Positions 12,329 through 26,973 are shown, numbered from the stretch's first letter. The stretch: DNA of 64,000 bases from the human T2T-CHM13v2.0 reference genome, Homo sapiens (GCF_009914755.1 NC_060929.1), one strand, 5' to 3'. Numbers and translations are program-made. Notes: generated by a model not told the origin, from the letters alone.

Positions 12329-13275
12329 CCTTGTTAGTTTCTAAACCATTGATTGAAGAAAACTAGCTAAGGAAGGTGAAAAAGTTTAGTTTCAGAATCC
12401 CCAAGGAGATCTTGCCAAGGCCCACACAGGCCCAGGTAAAGGATATTTCACTGACTATTGTGTCTTGCTCAAAAAAATCTAAGGACTTAGGAGGCAGCAC
12501 AAGGCTGGTGATGTGGCACACATTGAAGGAAGCGACCAAATCTCTCTCTAAATACAAAAGAGAAAAGAAATAAAGTGGAGGTAATTATTTTAGTAATTCA
12601 ACAGCTCCCCTCCTGAATTACTGGAATAATTGCCCCATCTTTAGTGGAGATTGGATTGTATGCTTAGTAGCGGCTCTAGGCCTGGATCCTAACCGTGGTC
12701 TTCAGGGTAGGGTAGTCTTCCAGTCCTCCACTGCTACTGCAAACTTTATGCTCCTTGGCAATGTGAGTACAACCCTCCCCATTTTCATTCCTTAAACACA
12801 CTCATATCCCCTCCTGTTTAACCCTAAATTCTCAGGGCTTGTCCATCAAGTAGAACCAGGCCATGGAGGGTATTGGCTAGAACAGAGGTTATGGCTCCAT
12901 AGGAAGGTGTTTAATGTGGCATTATTTTTCAATGGAACCATGGACAGTCAGATGCCATTTTTAATCCTTTATAAGAAGTCAGCAAAGGAGTAAGAACAAC
13001 TCCCCAGAATCTCTTGCTAGAATCCTGTCTGGCCCTCAAGGCAATCTCAGCTCTGTCTTGAGGCTTTGTGGCACCCGTCATTGTCTCCCAACTCCTTCCC
13101 CCAACATGCACCAATGAAGGCTTCCGCATGTTCTTGCCTTTCTGACCTAAGTTGTGCCTTGCACTCTCCCTCTTATCCCTGTCCTACCCCAGCACACATA
13201 CACACATGCACACACATGCATGCATACGCACACAATCTTTTGCCCCCACCCCCACGCACACACCCCACACACTGA

Positions 13276-13686
<411 letters not shown>

Positions 13687-14310
13687 ATGCCTCAATTTTT
13701 TAATCTCTAAAATGAGGATAACAAAACATCTATTACAAAGAGTTGTTTTTGAGGTACTTAGAAAAAATGCCTGGTGCAACACATACTAGCTCTTATTATT
13801 ATGGGACATGGTGTCTGCGATGGTGTGTGCTGACCATGCCCATAGCTCCCTTCAGAGAAAAGCGATCACAGGTAGACCTTTCTTAAGATGCCATAGCTAA
13901 TGTTCACTGAATTAAAGGTGAGGACCCAAGCCAAAGGGAGCCACATACAAGTAAACAGAAAATCAGTAAGGCCAGTTGCCAAGGAGAAAACTCTGCTTCA
14001 GATGCTACCCAATGGGGGCCACCATTCAATATGGAGTGCCCTGATAGAACTTCTCTCTTAAAATTTTTGAATATAAAAGCTCTCAGAAAATAAAACAAGA
14101 GAGGCCTGCTTGGAAAGAGATGAAAAGATGATCAGATCACTAGCAGGGCCATCATACTCTGAACGGCAATGATTCACTGAGTTATCCATGAAACCCACTG
14201 TGTACATTTAAGCCTGGAAAGCAAAGGATCCAGGGACAGCATAGATGCTGAGATAATTTCCCACATTTCTTTCCTTCTGATGTATCTTTTTCTCAAAACC
14301 TATCCCTAAG

Positions 14311-14430
14311 CAGTGATTTTCAAACTTTAGTGTTAATAGGAACCTGTGAGATTTGTGAAGATGTAGATTCCTGGGTGCTCCCACTAGAGATTCTGATTCA
14401 GGAGAACTGGGATGGGGCCTCAGATAGGGT
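14311..14430. mobile_element. MER5 fragment
   Basis: cagtgattttcaaactttagtgt...gagattctgattcagga..actgggatggggcc. Confidence 0.6.
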
Positions 14431-14639
14431 CACTATTTGTGGCTACACAACTTACTCACTGCGTTCCTCCAGGAAGCACATTCATACTGACTGTGATGTG
14501 AATGCCTCCTGGGAGTCGTGCAGTACACAAGCTGCCCCACTGAATGTGGCAGCCAGGAGTAACTCATATAAGTGGCTCCAGGCTCACAGTAAGAAAGAGT
14601 GAAGGTAACCTGGATACCTTGTCATCTAAAAGAATTCGG

Positions 14640-14950
<311 letters not shown>

Positions 14951-15799
14951 AAAAGAATTTGGTGAATACTAGTCCCCTGCTGACCCATTGCAGGCCCTAG
15001 TCACCACTCATAACCATACAGTATCTACAGCTGGCAAGGACTTCAGTAGAAAGGGAAAAGGTTAGGCAGAGAAAGGACCAGCACATTTGTATTTCATTAT
15101 ATACAGAAAGTTTCAATAAGAGGCTTAGAGTTTAGTCTAAATATATGTCCCTTCTGAGTGCTACTGGCTGTGAAGCAATCGGAATGAAACCAAATACAAA
15201 GAGTGCAGAATGAATCGCTGCTGAAAATCTTACAACACCCTGAGGCACTGGCATTGTGCTCCCTGCTCCCTGCCTCTCATTAAAAATACTGCTTTCCAAG
15301 CCCCATTAATTGGGAGGGTCTCAATATAGTTAGGGAGTAGGAAGACTCCACAGGCCTTTGAAAAGATAATTGTGCATAGAGAGAAAGGATTTATCATCTA
15401 CCAAGTGAGCGCAAGTCAACAGGTTTTTGCAGAGCACTGTTAGGGGTTGATAGGATAAAACGGAATTTAAAGACTCCATCCCCAGCTACCCAAAGAAACT
15501 GATGTCTTTCATGGGGAAGCGGGACACAATTAAAACACAGAAACACATTGAAGGACAAGGAAGAGATATGTCACGAAGTGCCAAGTTACTGAGCCTGTAC
15601 ATGCAATTAGAGTTCAGAAAACCAAGAGAACAGTGAGGCTTCCCAAAGCCACATGGAAGCAATTGAAGAATATTCCAGTGGCTACTTTTGTAAAAGGTTT
15701 GAAAGGAGAAGCAGACTTGCTCACTTTTCTGCTGACAGAGCCCTGTGCTGGATGTCGCTTATGTCCATTTCATGTTCTCTGGACCTCACATTTTACTCC

Positions 15800-16238
15800 A
15801 GTTTTCCTGAGTACACCTCACTTCTGCTGCATGATTGACAGGGGCTTCTCAGACGCCTGGCCTGGGACATCTATGAGAATCACCCAGCACTTGTGCGAAC
15901 CTGGCAGTGTGAGGGAGTTAACACCTGGAGTTGATCCTTGACCAGCCAAGGATGGGAGCTTGTGGATGCCTGTCCCCATCGTGTCCCTTGAGTAGGCAAT
16001 CATGAGATTCATTCTTCATGGCTGTCAGAGAGTCCCAGGAGGATCAGGCTCCAGTTTCCCACAACTGCCACCAAATTTGATCATACAACTTTGTAGGTAC
16101 TGATTTGCCTTCTTTCTTTCTTTCCCCCTTCCCAGTCCCCTACTCCAGTTCCCTGAAATCACTTCTGAAAATAAGCTACTTGCACACAAACCCTTGTGTC
16201 AGGCTCTGCTTCCTGGAAGGACTTCAGGGGCTATGACA
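15800..16238 (+). mobile_element. LTR16/LTR33-type ERVL solo LTR
   Basis: Characteristic 3' end 'aataagctacttgcacacaaacccttgtgtcaggctctgcttc...atgaca'; 5' boundary uncertain. Confidence 0.6.
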
Positions 16239-17694
16239 AGCCCCTGGGAAGATGATGAGTTCTGTTTTTGAGAACTCGAATATTTTCTCAGTTTGCAGTG
16301 AACTCTGACACAGGGCTTCTCCCCAAGCAGTTTGCCCTCTAGGAACGTGTAAACCAAAATGTACTATATGCTTGACTTAGAGGTTTAACCAGAAATGAGA
16401 TTATATTTTAGGAAGGCTCAGGATATGAGGACAAGGAGCAGAAAGGAGCATTTTCTATTTCCTAAGTCCCTATGATGGGCCAGTACTGTGCCATATGTAT
16501 TTGTATTTTATTAATGATTATGTAAACCTAATTAGGTAAGTAGAATGATCTCTCTTTTGGAGAGGAGAAAACTATGGCTCAGAGGGGGCAAGAAGTGACA
16601 AAAATTACACGCTGAAATCAGGTCTAGGGACTCCAGAGCCCACATCTGGCTCATTTCCCTGATGCTGTCTCCCACACACTATTCATTCGCGGGGTTAGGC
16701 ACATCTCTCAAGTGTGTCAATGGTCTTCAGTAATTTTTTTCAAGTGTTGAACTAGAAATCAGTGATCTGCAGCAATTAGTTGGCATTTTAATCTCTCCAG
16801 GTTGAGGGATAGAGTTGGCCCCTTAAAAGAGCGTGAACGACCAGAACGCTAGAAAGCTGCTTATATCTGCCTGCTACACCGAGAAACTGAAAGCCAGCTT
16901 CAGCTTTGCTCTGAGAAATACAGGGCAGCTGTCTAGCTGGTGTATAACACAGAACTTGTGTCATGCCTATCATAGCGCTGGGCTCAATGCTGAGCACACA
17001 GTAAGTGCACAAGAAACATTTGCCAAATTATCTAAAAGCTCTGAGAGCCACAGCTCCATTTTCTTTGTGTTGTAGCTCACAAAACACATTTCTATGCTGT
17101 CTATGCTGTGCGCCATTCATACCTTTTACATGTGGACCCCCAGAATAGTAAGGACCTAAATACATTTATTAAAGCCACACAATAGCATCTTGAGTCTGAG
17201 AATCCTCTTGTGCTCACATAGCTCCTGGAGCATTATAACTCACAGCTTTTTGAGTTGTCACTCTATCTTGCTCTTGCACAACGAGCTGGATCCCTGCTGC
17301 CTCATGTCATCATCCTCTGTACTTTTCCTGATTCTGTGTTTATTTACAAATTGGCTGATTCCAGTTGTTTCTTATTGACTTACAAGTCAACACAGAAAAA
17401 ACAATTCAAGTGCAGGGTATTGAAAGCCTAGATATACATTCTCACACTGTTTTCTTTGGTCACAGTGACCATGTCACATCTCTGAGACCATCTACCCTCA
17501 CTTTGCATCTCCCAACCTTGGAGAAGAAAGAATCAGAAACATTTAAGCCTTCTGCAGTGGACATGCCACATCCATGTGTTCATTTACATTTGCTGAGATA
17601 GAACTACCTGATTTGTATGCAATGAAAAGTAGGGACTTTAATAACTGATATCAATTTTATTGAGCACTAGGTTGCCATGGAGTTGGGACTCTAA

Positions 17695-17800
17695 GCAATG
17701 TTTCCTAAACTGCGGCCCTTCAACCAGCTGCATCTGAATTTCCTGGAATGTTGTGAAAAATACAGATTCCTAGCCTCCATCCCTGATTATTAGTTCAGAA
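17695..17800. mobile_element. MER5A fragment
   Basis: caatgtttcctaaactgcgg...gcatctgaatttcctggaatgttgtgaaaaatacagattc. Confidence 0.55.
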
Positions 17801-18563
17801 TTTTGTTCGGTTTTGTTGTTTACAAGCCAATTGACTGCTAACCAAGAGATTCTTGTCACAGTAAAGCTTGAGACTCCCTAGGTCTATGGAGACCTGCAAG
17901 GCCCTATGTGGCCAAGCACAGATTTCATTGGTGCACATCGCCTCTACCTTGTCCACTTCGGAACTCTCACCCAGCTCTGGCACTGTGTCAGCTAATCCTT
18001 CTTCATTATATGAATTTGTCAATGTATTGGTGGAGGTGAAAAGAAATGAAGAAGAAATATTCAAGAAATCACAATCCAAAAAGTTCACTGATGGACTATG
18101 AGAAGGAAATTGACCCAAAAATAGACTATGACAGTAAGTCACTGTAAACACATCATGCCTTCCAGCTATTTTCCACATCTGTGTTTGGCTCTCAGAAACT
18201 TCCCAGCAGGTACCCCATTTTGGTTCCAAAACCACGGTTATCCAATTTTACTCTGGAAGCAAGGAAGAGTTAACCTAATTTTCTAATTTCCATTGAGAAT
18301 GTAGGAGAAATTTGGCTTCGTATAAAAGCTGTATGTTGTATAAATAATAATAACTCCTTATGTTTGCAAAGTAATTTATGGTTTCAAACATCATTTAAGG
18401 ACAGTGTCTTATTTAAACTTTTCATTGTTGAAGATACCAAAATTATAATTTGGTATCTACTAAGGTAAACAGCAAGCCAAGATTTGATTACTTCCCCCAA
18501 GTAATTTCTGTCAAACACACAGAGGTCTTAAAAACCAAATCAGAAGAAATTCTTCAGCGAGGG

Positions 18564-18695
18564 CGTGAGAAACATGCAAATGCTGACTCACAGACAGTTT
18601 CGTGAGATACTTCTAATCTTCACATATATAGTTGACAGCAAAAAAAAAAAAAAAAATCATGATTTGCCAAAATGAAAATTAGCTTCTCTGAGTCA
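18564..18695. promoter_or_regulatory. Motif cluster: RBPJ-like CGTGAGAA, MARE/ARE TGCTGACTCA, AP-1 TGAGTCA
   Basis: CGTGAGAA 18564-18571; TGCTGACTCA 18581-18590; TGAGTCA 18689-18695, in unique sequence. Confidence 0.35.
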
Positions 18696-20364
18696 CTGTG
18701 TTTGAGTGTATAAATTTTGTTAATAAAAGTACCTGCTATGGATTTGGTTCTAGGAGACATATCATGTCTTAAATCACTTCCTGAATTTATGCAAATCCGC
18801 CTGCCAAAGAAAGGTTCACTCTCAGACATAATGCTTTTGACCACAAATAAAGTCTCTGCCATCTGTTTTCACACTAGGAAAATGCTATTTGGATTCAGTG
18901 ATGAAATAAAAAATCCTATTCACATAAATCCAGGTCTTGTTCTCTTACCCTGGGATACCTCCTGCTAAAATTACAAGAAAAGGGACTTTGTTAATTAAAG
19001 TGATGAAGTACGAACATATGTTGTTCAAGAATAGCAATACCTCCACCTGCATCTCCAAATTATTAATATTCATATAGCCCTTGGTTTTTATTTGTTTATC
19101 GGAAATAAGAGCTCTTCATAACCAGGGCTTCAGATATCATCATTTTATCGGCACCAAAATACCTGAGGGAGGAGGTGTCTTTATTTTTATAGCTCCTTTT
19201 AGCTTTGTGCACCAAATACTTCAAGGATATTTATCACTGCTGAGTATCTTTTTGAAATAAGAAAACATAAGCAGATTAGGACACTAAAGAACTAGAGAAG
19301 GGAATTTAAGTTTGGGTAGACAAAAGAAATATTATCATGGTTGAGAAAGGTGGATTCTGGGTCCCTAAATCTCACCCCATTGATGACCTCTGCTCCAGGC
19401 ACAGAGGAGGACATGACTTAAGGGAAAATGCATGGTCAGCACAGGCTGGAGTTTCAGTCCCAAACTTGTAGCCCCACCCTGGGGAGCTTGGGAGGCCCCC
19501 TTTTCCTCTGAGCACCAGAGCTAGAGTGAAGGCAGGTGGAATATCCTGTTACCTGGCTAATTACTCCCAGGCCCCACCATGTTCCTGATGGGCTCATCTT
19601 GCTATTTTCTCTCCAGAAGAGGAAGTATGAGGTTGTGTGAAAATGTGAGCATGTGTGTCCCCTAAGATACCTTTCCACGCTTCTTTCCCCTTGCCCCAGC
19701 CAAAAGGTCATCCAAGGAAGTTGGGGGATAATCAGGCCCAGAGGTGCCCTGGACCAGACGTCCCATGATCTAGCATATGCAAAGGAAGACGCTAAGAAAG
19801 TACACATGGAGAAGACGAGGGATACAGGGTGTTTCTTTCCAATCTCTCTGCTTCTTCCAGCAAAAGCCCCACCCTCTAGCCCTCAAGCCTGCTGGCCTCA
19901 TGGAGTGTAACTAATCCACAGCAGCATCCCTCCTTCTGGGGACACAGTGTTGGGTAAGGAAGTGTAGGGGAGCCAGAGTCTTTGAAACCTTATCAGCCTA
20001 AAATCTCAGGGTTACACACAAGTCAGAGGCACTTTCTGTCACCCCTCCTTCTGACCCTGGTCCCACCATTCTCTCAGGTGGAACGCTCCCACCATGCTCT
20101 CCCCCTCTATGTCCCACATTAGTCCAAATGTTTCCTTCACGTCATCTCTCATGTCTATAGCTTTCCACATTCGCAGATTCCACCCTAATTCACATACCAA
20201 GATTATTACCAGAGACTCTGTTACTGGATTCCTTGACTTTCCCATCAATTATTCTATCTCTCTCCTTCCAAATGACTATCCCTAAGTATCATTGTCTTTG
20301 TGCCAAGCTTAGGTACCAACCTTCTGTAGTTCTCATAACCTACAGATTATGATGCAAGGAACTA

Positions 20365-20580
20365 TTAATAGCACAGATTCTGGAGCCAGTCTCCTGGAGC
20401 TCCAATCCTGGTTCTGCCACTTATTAACTCTGTTACTTTAGGCAAGTTACTTAACCTCTCTGTGCTTCAGCGTCCACCTCCTAAAATAAGATAAGATAGT
20501 AAATACCCCATAGGATTGATCCGAGGATTAAACAAGTTAATACAGAAGTGTCTAAGCAACCAGGAACTGGTAGCTATTAT
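20365..20580 (+). mobile_element. MIR SINE
   Basis: tctggagccag...aatcctggttctgccacttatt...ggcaagttacttaacctctctgtgcttcag...gaggattaaa. Confidence 0.85.
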
Positions 20581-20748
20581 CACTCTTGTTACCGAATGTG
20601 GTCCCAACTTCTCAGCCCGGCATCTATTGGTGCATACAGTCAGTACTCTGAAACTACACTCTTGAAATTGTAGATGCTATCCTAGGGGTCGCTAGTAGCT
20701 TCTAAAACAAATTAGAAGCCCACTTAAGGTGATAGTCATGGTGGCCAA

Positions 20749-20953
20749 TGAGTCATTCTCTGCTCTCACAGAGTAAAGATTTAATTTGAACTAAGAACCT
20801 TAGAAGAAATACAGAAAGCGGGCGAGGAGAGGTGGTTTTTCCCCTCTGCTGTTCCTGGGGACACATGTGATGCTCTGAGAAGGCAGAAGGGAAGATTCGA
20901 GCTGATTATAATCTAATGAGGCTGCCAAATCAGTTTCACTTTCCAATACCACA
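20749..20953. promoter_or_regulatory. Candidate enhancer with AP-1, ISRE, NFI half-site and RUNX motifs
   Basis: TGAGTCA 20749-20755; AGTTTCACTTTCC 20932-20944; TGCCAA just upstream of it; ACCACA 20948-20953. Confidence 0.4.
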
Positions 20954-21289
20954 TAAGGACTGGTGAGTCTCATGGGCCCTGAGCCAGGATTATTTTAACT
21001 GGTAGCATTAGCTGGGTCAGACCGATCAGCCTCTATGGGGAATACTTTGGGAACTGTCATCTTCCAAGCCAGCGCAAGAACAGCCTCTGCCACTGAACTG
21101 ATGGTGATACACACGGTATTTGGAGGGCAAATCTGATTCACATGCAGTAGCAGGAGATGGAAGAGTGGTTAAAATGAAAGGGAGAGGAGAAGAAGAGCAA
21201 GGGACGAGCATAATACAGGGAAAGAAGAATAATACAGGTAGAATAGGAATTACATAGAAGGGAGAAGATCATTTTTTTAAAAAAATAAG

Positions 21290-21660
<371 letters not shown>

Positions 21661-23136
21661 CTAGAACTGCCAAGGGATTTGAGTGCCTGATGGATTCTGA
21701 AGACTGAAATATACATGACCCCAAAAAGCAATGTCATTTGTAAATATTTGTTAATGAGTTTAGTGAAGTGCTACATGGAGGAATGATCTAGCCAATGAGA
21801 ACAATGTGCACCAGCCAGTTGGATTCTTGAAGCTGCAGAGACTTCATCTTCAGCCACAGCAGGTGGCTGAGGGCTAGAGTTACTTGGGACTTTCCCCAAT
21901 GCTCTAGTTCCTTCTATCTCTTGGAAACAAGTCTGGCTCAATATGTTCAGCAGCCCCATTGATGTTGCCCAGAGGAAGTGTGGATCAGGGCTCGCTGACC
22001 CCAAGGTTAGCAGCAGAAGAGCAGGGCCTCTGCCTCCCCAGCCAGGAAGCCCACAGTCTTGGCCACATGAATGAAGGAGGTCTTGGCAGCATCTGACACA
22101 CCTCGGGGTAATGATTTAGCCACCCCAAATTACCGTGTCTCCACAAAATAGTCACTTGGGGCCACACTACATTGTGGAGAGATAATGAAAGAGCTTCTAT
22201 TTTTGAGCTATCTTTTCCTCATATGCGAATAATTTCACACACAAAAAAATGAGAAAACCACTTCTCTCTGTCACCTACAGAATCAGGAACAGGGATCAGA
22301 TTATCTTTTAGATACCCGCCCCAAAAAGAAATAAAAATCAAGAAAACATGGGTAAATACCATGGTGGACATTTAAATGAAGCTGAGAAAGAAAGCTTTCT
22401 CTATTTAGAGAAGAATTCAAAATGGATGGCAGGAGATTTGTTGAAAATAAGGAAGAGGGAGGGAAAGGTTAGTAAATAATAGGTCAAATCTTCAGCCTAG
22501 AGGGCACTACTCAGTTTTCTTTTGTTCCCCCTTAGGTTTCCTGGTGTAGCAGTGCAGTTGCAACGTAGTTTTGTTTTTTGGGTTTCTTTAAACCTAGAGT
22601 GGTAAGAGGGACTTGGTGGCGATGGACTGCCATGGGTCGGTTCCTTAGAGGGCTCTTGAGTTTTTCCCACCTGTCTCCAACTCCAGGGCCACCACTCTAA
22701 TAAAGCCACTGCCATCTCTGACCAGCTCCCCTGCTGTGGCTTTCACTCTTGCTCTCTTTACAGCCCATTCCACACAGCAGCAGCCAGCATGGCACTTCCC
22801 GTTCTGGGCCCCTCCCACTGACTGCACCCTGTGCTTGTCCTTCATAGTGTGTAAAGATCTGTATGTGGGGTGATTTGACTAACGGTTCTCTCCCCTTAAG
22901 TATAAGTAAACCTATGAGGGCAAGGACTGCTTACCTTAGCATCCTTGGTTCCTGGTAGGATGCCCATCCCATAACAGGCTGGAGCTCCTGGGTGTGTGGG
23001 AGGGAGTAGGAAGGAAGCAACAGCTGCCAATCAAAGGCCCATTTGGGCATGTGACCCTTAGCTAGCCAATCAGAATCCTTTCCAGGGTTGTAGCAGTTGA
23101 AGCTGTGAGCAGCTCAGTTGGTTGGGTTGTCTGTCT

Positions 23137-23400
23137 TGTCTTGGCTTGGATTCTCCCAGAAGGAGATCCTGAGTCAATGATTCGGGTGCAAGTAGATTTC
23201 TTCTGGGAGCCTTTCTTTAATAAAGCACTTGCACCTGAGTCATTGACTCAGGATCTATTTCAGGATCTCCTTCTTGAGGGAGAGGGCGAAACAGGATCCA
23301 GAAGAAGCAAAGCAATGGAGCAGGCATGGCATCAGGAAGAGGACAGGGAGGCTGCCGTAAGCCCAGCAGGCTCCCTTTCAGGCTGTTAAGGAGGGGGATG
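23137..23400 (-). mobile_element. LTR16/LTR33-type LTR fragment containing a fold-back duplication
   Basis: tgtcttggcttggattctcccagaaggagatcctgag...gtgcaagtag is the reverse of this LTR class's 3' end. Confidence 0.55.
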
Positions 23401-24356
23401 AGTACGAACATGAAGGTGGCCCAAGTAGCTCTAAGGTCCCTTCTCTCATCTCCTGTCCTTACCGGGGGCCGTAGGCTCTAGATAAAACGCTGCCCCACCA
23501 CCCGCCAGGGCTTTTGTTTTGGCTCACCTTTCATCCGCCTTCTCAGACTCTGTCTGCCTTGGCTTCCCTCAGCTGAACCCAGGGAATTTGCATTTTGCTA
23601 TTTTCCATCTGCACTGGGTAGCCTGGCTCCAGATGTTTGGGGCAGCAAATGCAGAAATTCCAGGCAAACGGATCTGATCATTCTCTGCTTGGCTCCACTC
23701 GCTGCATCCCAAGCACCAGATGCCTCACTGGTGTCTGCCTACCTTCCTGGGAGGCAGATCCACCGCTCATAAGATAGAGCCCAACGACAAGACCCTGTAC
23801 TTATGGAGGCCTTTTATTTAACAACTCATTTCATTGAAGGAAAAATCTAGAATCTACTAAGACCTCCTGATATTTTTTAATTAACTAGAAATTGTGGATG
23901 TATCCCTCAATATTTTCATCTAAAGTGGTTGAAATGATAATGGAGGGGAAACTGTGTTTTAAAAGCGTGTTACTCCATTTCTTTCATTCACCTCCATCAA
24001 TGATAATATGAGTTATCACTCTTAATATTAACCACGTGGCAGGCTTCATGCATTCTCACATACATTTCACCCTAAGGCCTGGAGAAGATAATTTCACCAA
24101 AGTCACACAGGTAGTACATGGAAAGGTGTAAATTTGAACCTGGATCTTACTGCAAACCCATACTCTTAACTGCTTCATTCAACTTTTGCCAGCAATCATT
24201 TGTCATAGACTAAATGCCAGAACCTAAGCCCAAGATTTTGCAGTATACAGAGGAGAAACTGGATGTCTTTTGAAATGCTTCAGAATGGTTTCTATAGTAC
24301 ATATCTGAGCAGCACTCCATGACCAAAGGATGCCAAATCCTTTGCCCCTTGTATTA

Positions 24357-24830
24357 CACTTCATTCATTAGTTCATTCATTCATTCAACAAATGCTTATA
24401 AAGCACTCCTGTAAGGCATTATTCTAGGCACTGAGTGTTTGTTATTGAACAAAAAGGACAAAAAATACCTCACTATTCTCAGAGTTTACATTCAGGGATG
24501 CAAGAAGGAGCGTGAAACAGGAGATAGGCAATAAACATTAAAAAATTAAGAAAATTTTGTAATATGTTAAGAGGTGATCACTATGGAGAGAAAAAGCAAA
24601 GTAAGTGAAATCAGAAGTGCAATTTAAATTAGGGTGGTCAAGTCAGGACTCCCTACGAAGTTGACTTTTGAGCAGAGTGCAGGAGGTGAGGGAGTGAGGC
24701 ATGTGGCTATCTTGAGGAAGAGTGGTCCAAGCAGAGAGAACAGCCAGTGCAAAGGCCCTGAGGCCCATCCAAGGAACAGTGATAAGACTGGTGTGGCTAG
24801 AAGTGAGGGTAATAAGAGACAATGACACAG
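24357..24830 (-). mobile_element. L2 LINE 3' end
   Basis: cattcattcattcaacaaatgcttat...attctaggcactgag...aacagccagtgcaaaggccctgagg. Confidence 0.8.
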
Positions 24831-25428
24831 AAGTAACAGTAGCCAAAAGGCCAGAAATAAGAGGCACTATTTTTATGTCTTGGTCTCTTGAAGGATCAGT
24901 AATGTGGTGGTTTCCCCAACACCTGCTAAGCCCTCAAGGTCTTTATATATGCACCATTTTCAGGATTCCAAATGAAAAGAACAGTATGGTCCTGATGGTA
25001 CCAACGGAGTAGCTTCAGCTGCTCATAGAGCTATTCCTATCCCATTCACCCCACTCCAACACCCACACTCCTCAATTCAGTCTTTCAAGAAGCTGGGGTG
25101 ACCAGAAACCAGAAGAGGCAAAATTTCCCACCCGTCAGGCCATCTGCAGCTGCCACCTCTGCATGCCTTTCTTCCCCACAGAGCCTGAGACCCTCATCCC
25201 TTCCCTGAGAAAGTGCCCTCCAGAGTCTACTTACCCTCCTAAGAACAGCGTATCAGTGAGTGAAAAAATTGGTTTCGCAAAATTTTTTTACAAAGTACTT
25301 TATCCAAGTAAGGGAGGCTGAATTTCCACTGAGAGCTAACGTCACTAATCAGAACAGTAGCAAAATGTACCAAATCTTAGGGACAGGCTAGCACATAATG
25401 AGCAAATGAGTAAGAAATCAGGGGCCTT

Positions 25429-25727
25429 GGCCGGGGGCGGTGGCTCACACCTGTAATCCCAGCACTTTGGGAGGATGAGGCGGGCGGATCACGAGGTCAG
25501 GAGATCGAGACCATTCTGGCTAACACGGTGAAACCCCGTCTCTATTAAAAATACCAAAAAAAAATTAGCCGGGAGTGATGGAGGGCACCTGTAGTCCCAG
25601 CTATTCGGAGAGGCTGAGGCAGGAGAATGGCGTGAACCCGCGAGGCGGAGCTTGCAGTGAGCCGAAATCGCGCCACTGCAATCCAGCCTGGGCGACAGAG
25701 TGAGACTCTGTCTCAAAAAAAAAAAAA
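25429..25727 (+). mobile_element. AluY, CpG-rich
   Basis: ggatcacgaggtcaggagatcgagaccattctggctaacacgg; gagaatggcgtgaacccg; TSD-like aa.tcaggggcc on both sides. Confidence 0.95.
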
Positions 25728-26957
25728 GTCAGGGGCCAAGGGCAATACCTAGTGAGGCGCAAGTTTGGGTTGGGTCTAGTGGTATGAGGGCAGTCTCCTT
25801 GGGAATCTGAACTTGTGCCAGAGGACGGGCTCCTGTTGTTTAAGGGCTCTGTACCAGGCTGGACAGATGTGGCTGTATGCAAATCTCACTGCCGTAAGTA
25901 CAGGCCACCAGTGCCAACGTAGGGGGAAAGCAGAGCTTTGTTTCCCATGGCTTTGTAGAGTGATATTGCCACACGTCAGTGAAGAATCCTTATTCACACA
26001 AACACATTAGCCCCACTGCGACTCTCACTTGAGGGAACGTTAACACAGCCCATCTCATCGTTTCTGTTTGAGATTCAAGCTGAACGTGAACGTGACCCAG
26101 CATTTGCAGTCGTCCACAGCAAGAAGTCAAGGTCTTTAACCGTGAGGTCAGAGACTCGAGGTTGAATCCCAGTTCTGCCACGGAGCAGCTGGATGGCAAG
26201 TTACCTTAAATTCTCAGAGTCCCCTTCTTGTAGAAAAATGTGGCTAAAATCATACCTCGAAGGATTGTCATGAAGATGAAACAGGCTGGCCCATAGCACC
26301 TACTCAGATAAGCCCTTTTGGAAGAACATCATTCAGAATAATCTGTGGGCTGCAGAATTAGATGGCACATTTGAGAAACTGAGGGAAAATATGGAAATGT
26401 CAATGATAATCTCCTCAGAAACATATGATTTACTTTCAACTCCACTCTTAGACTCCTGAACATCCAAGGGAAAGTGGGATATTCAGCCCTCAACCAAAGA
26501 CTTTGCAAGAATGTCTCCATACAATTCCAAGCAAACCCCAATTTAGACGTCCTTTCTTTTGCTGAGCATATTTTATGGAGAAAAAGACACAAATAAATTA
26601 AAAGTTTATTCAGATACACCATTCTCTAAAATGACCCTTTGGAAAAGATAGCAAGGAAAAATCTTTAGGTAATATTTCTTTCCTTGACATTAATTCACAT
26701 AACATAAAATACTTGATTTCAAAATATTCCCCACCCAAAACGATTAAAGGCACCTTTAGCCAATGTTTGTTTAAAAGTCACCTATTTCTTACAGTTTTAG
26801 ACCTTTATAAAGATATTTTATGTGGAAAAAAGGATTCCAACATTTACTGGTTAATATTTTGGCAAGAAATGTCAGAAAGATCTTGAGTAAATTCAGGTTT
26901 TTTTCCTCTTCAGTTCTTCTTAACACTCTGAAAGACATGAATGATTTCTAGGATTTA

Positions 26958-26973
26958 CCACCAGAGGGCACTA
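26958..26973 (+). promoter_or_regulatory. CTCF-binding motif
   Basis: CCACCAGAGGGCACTA closely matches the CTCF core CCASYAGRKGGCRS; AP-1 TGAGTCA lies at 26983-26989. Confidence 0.6.
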
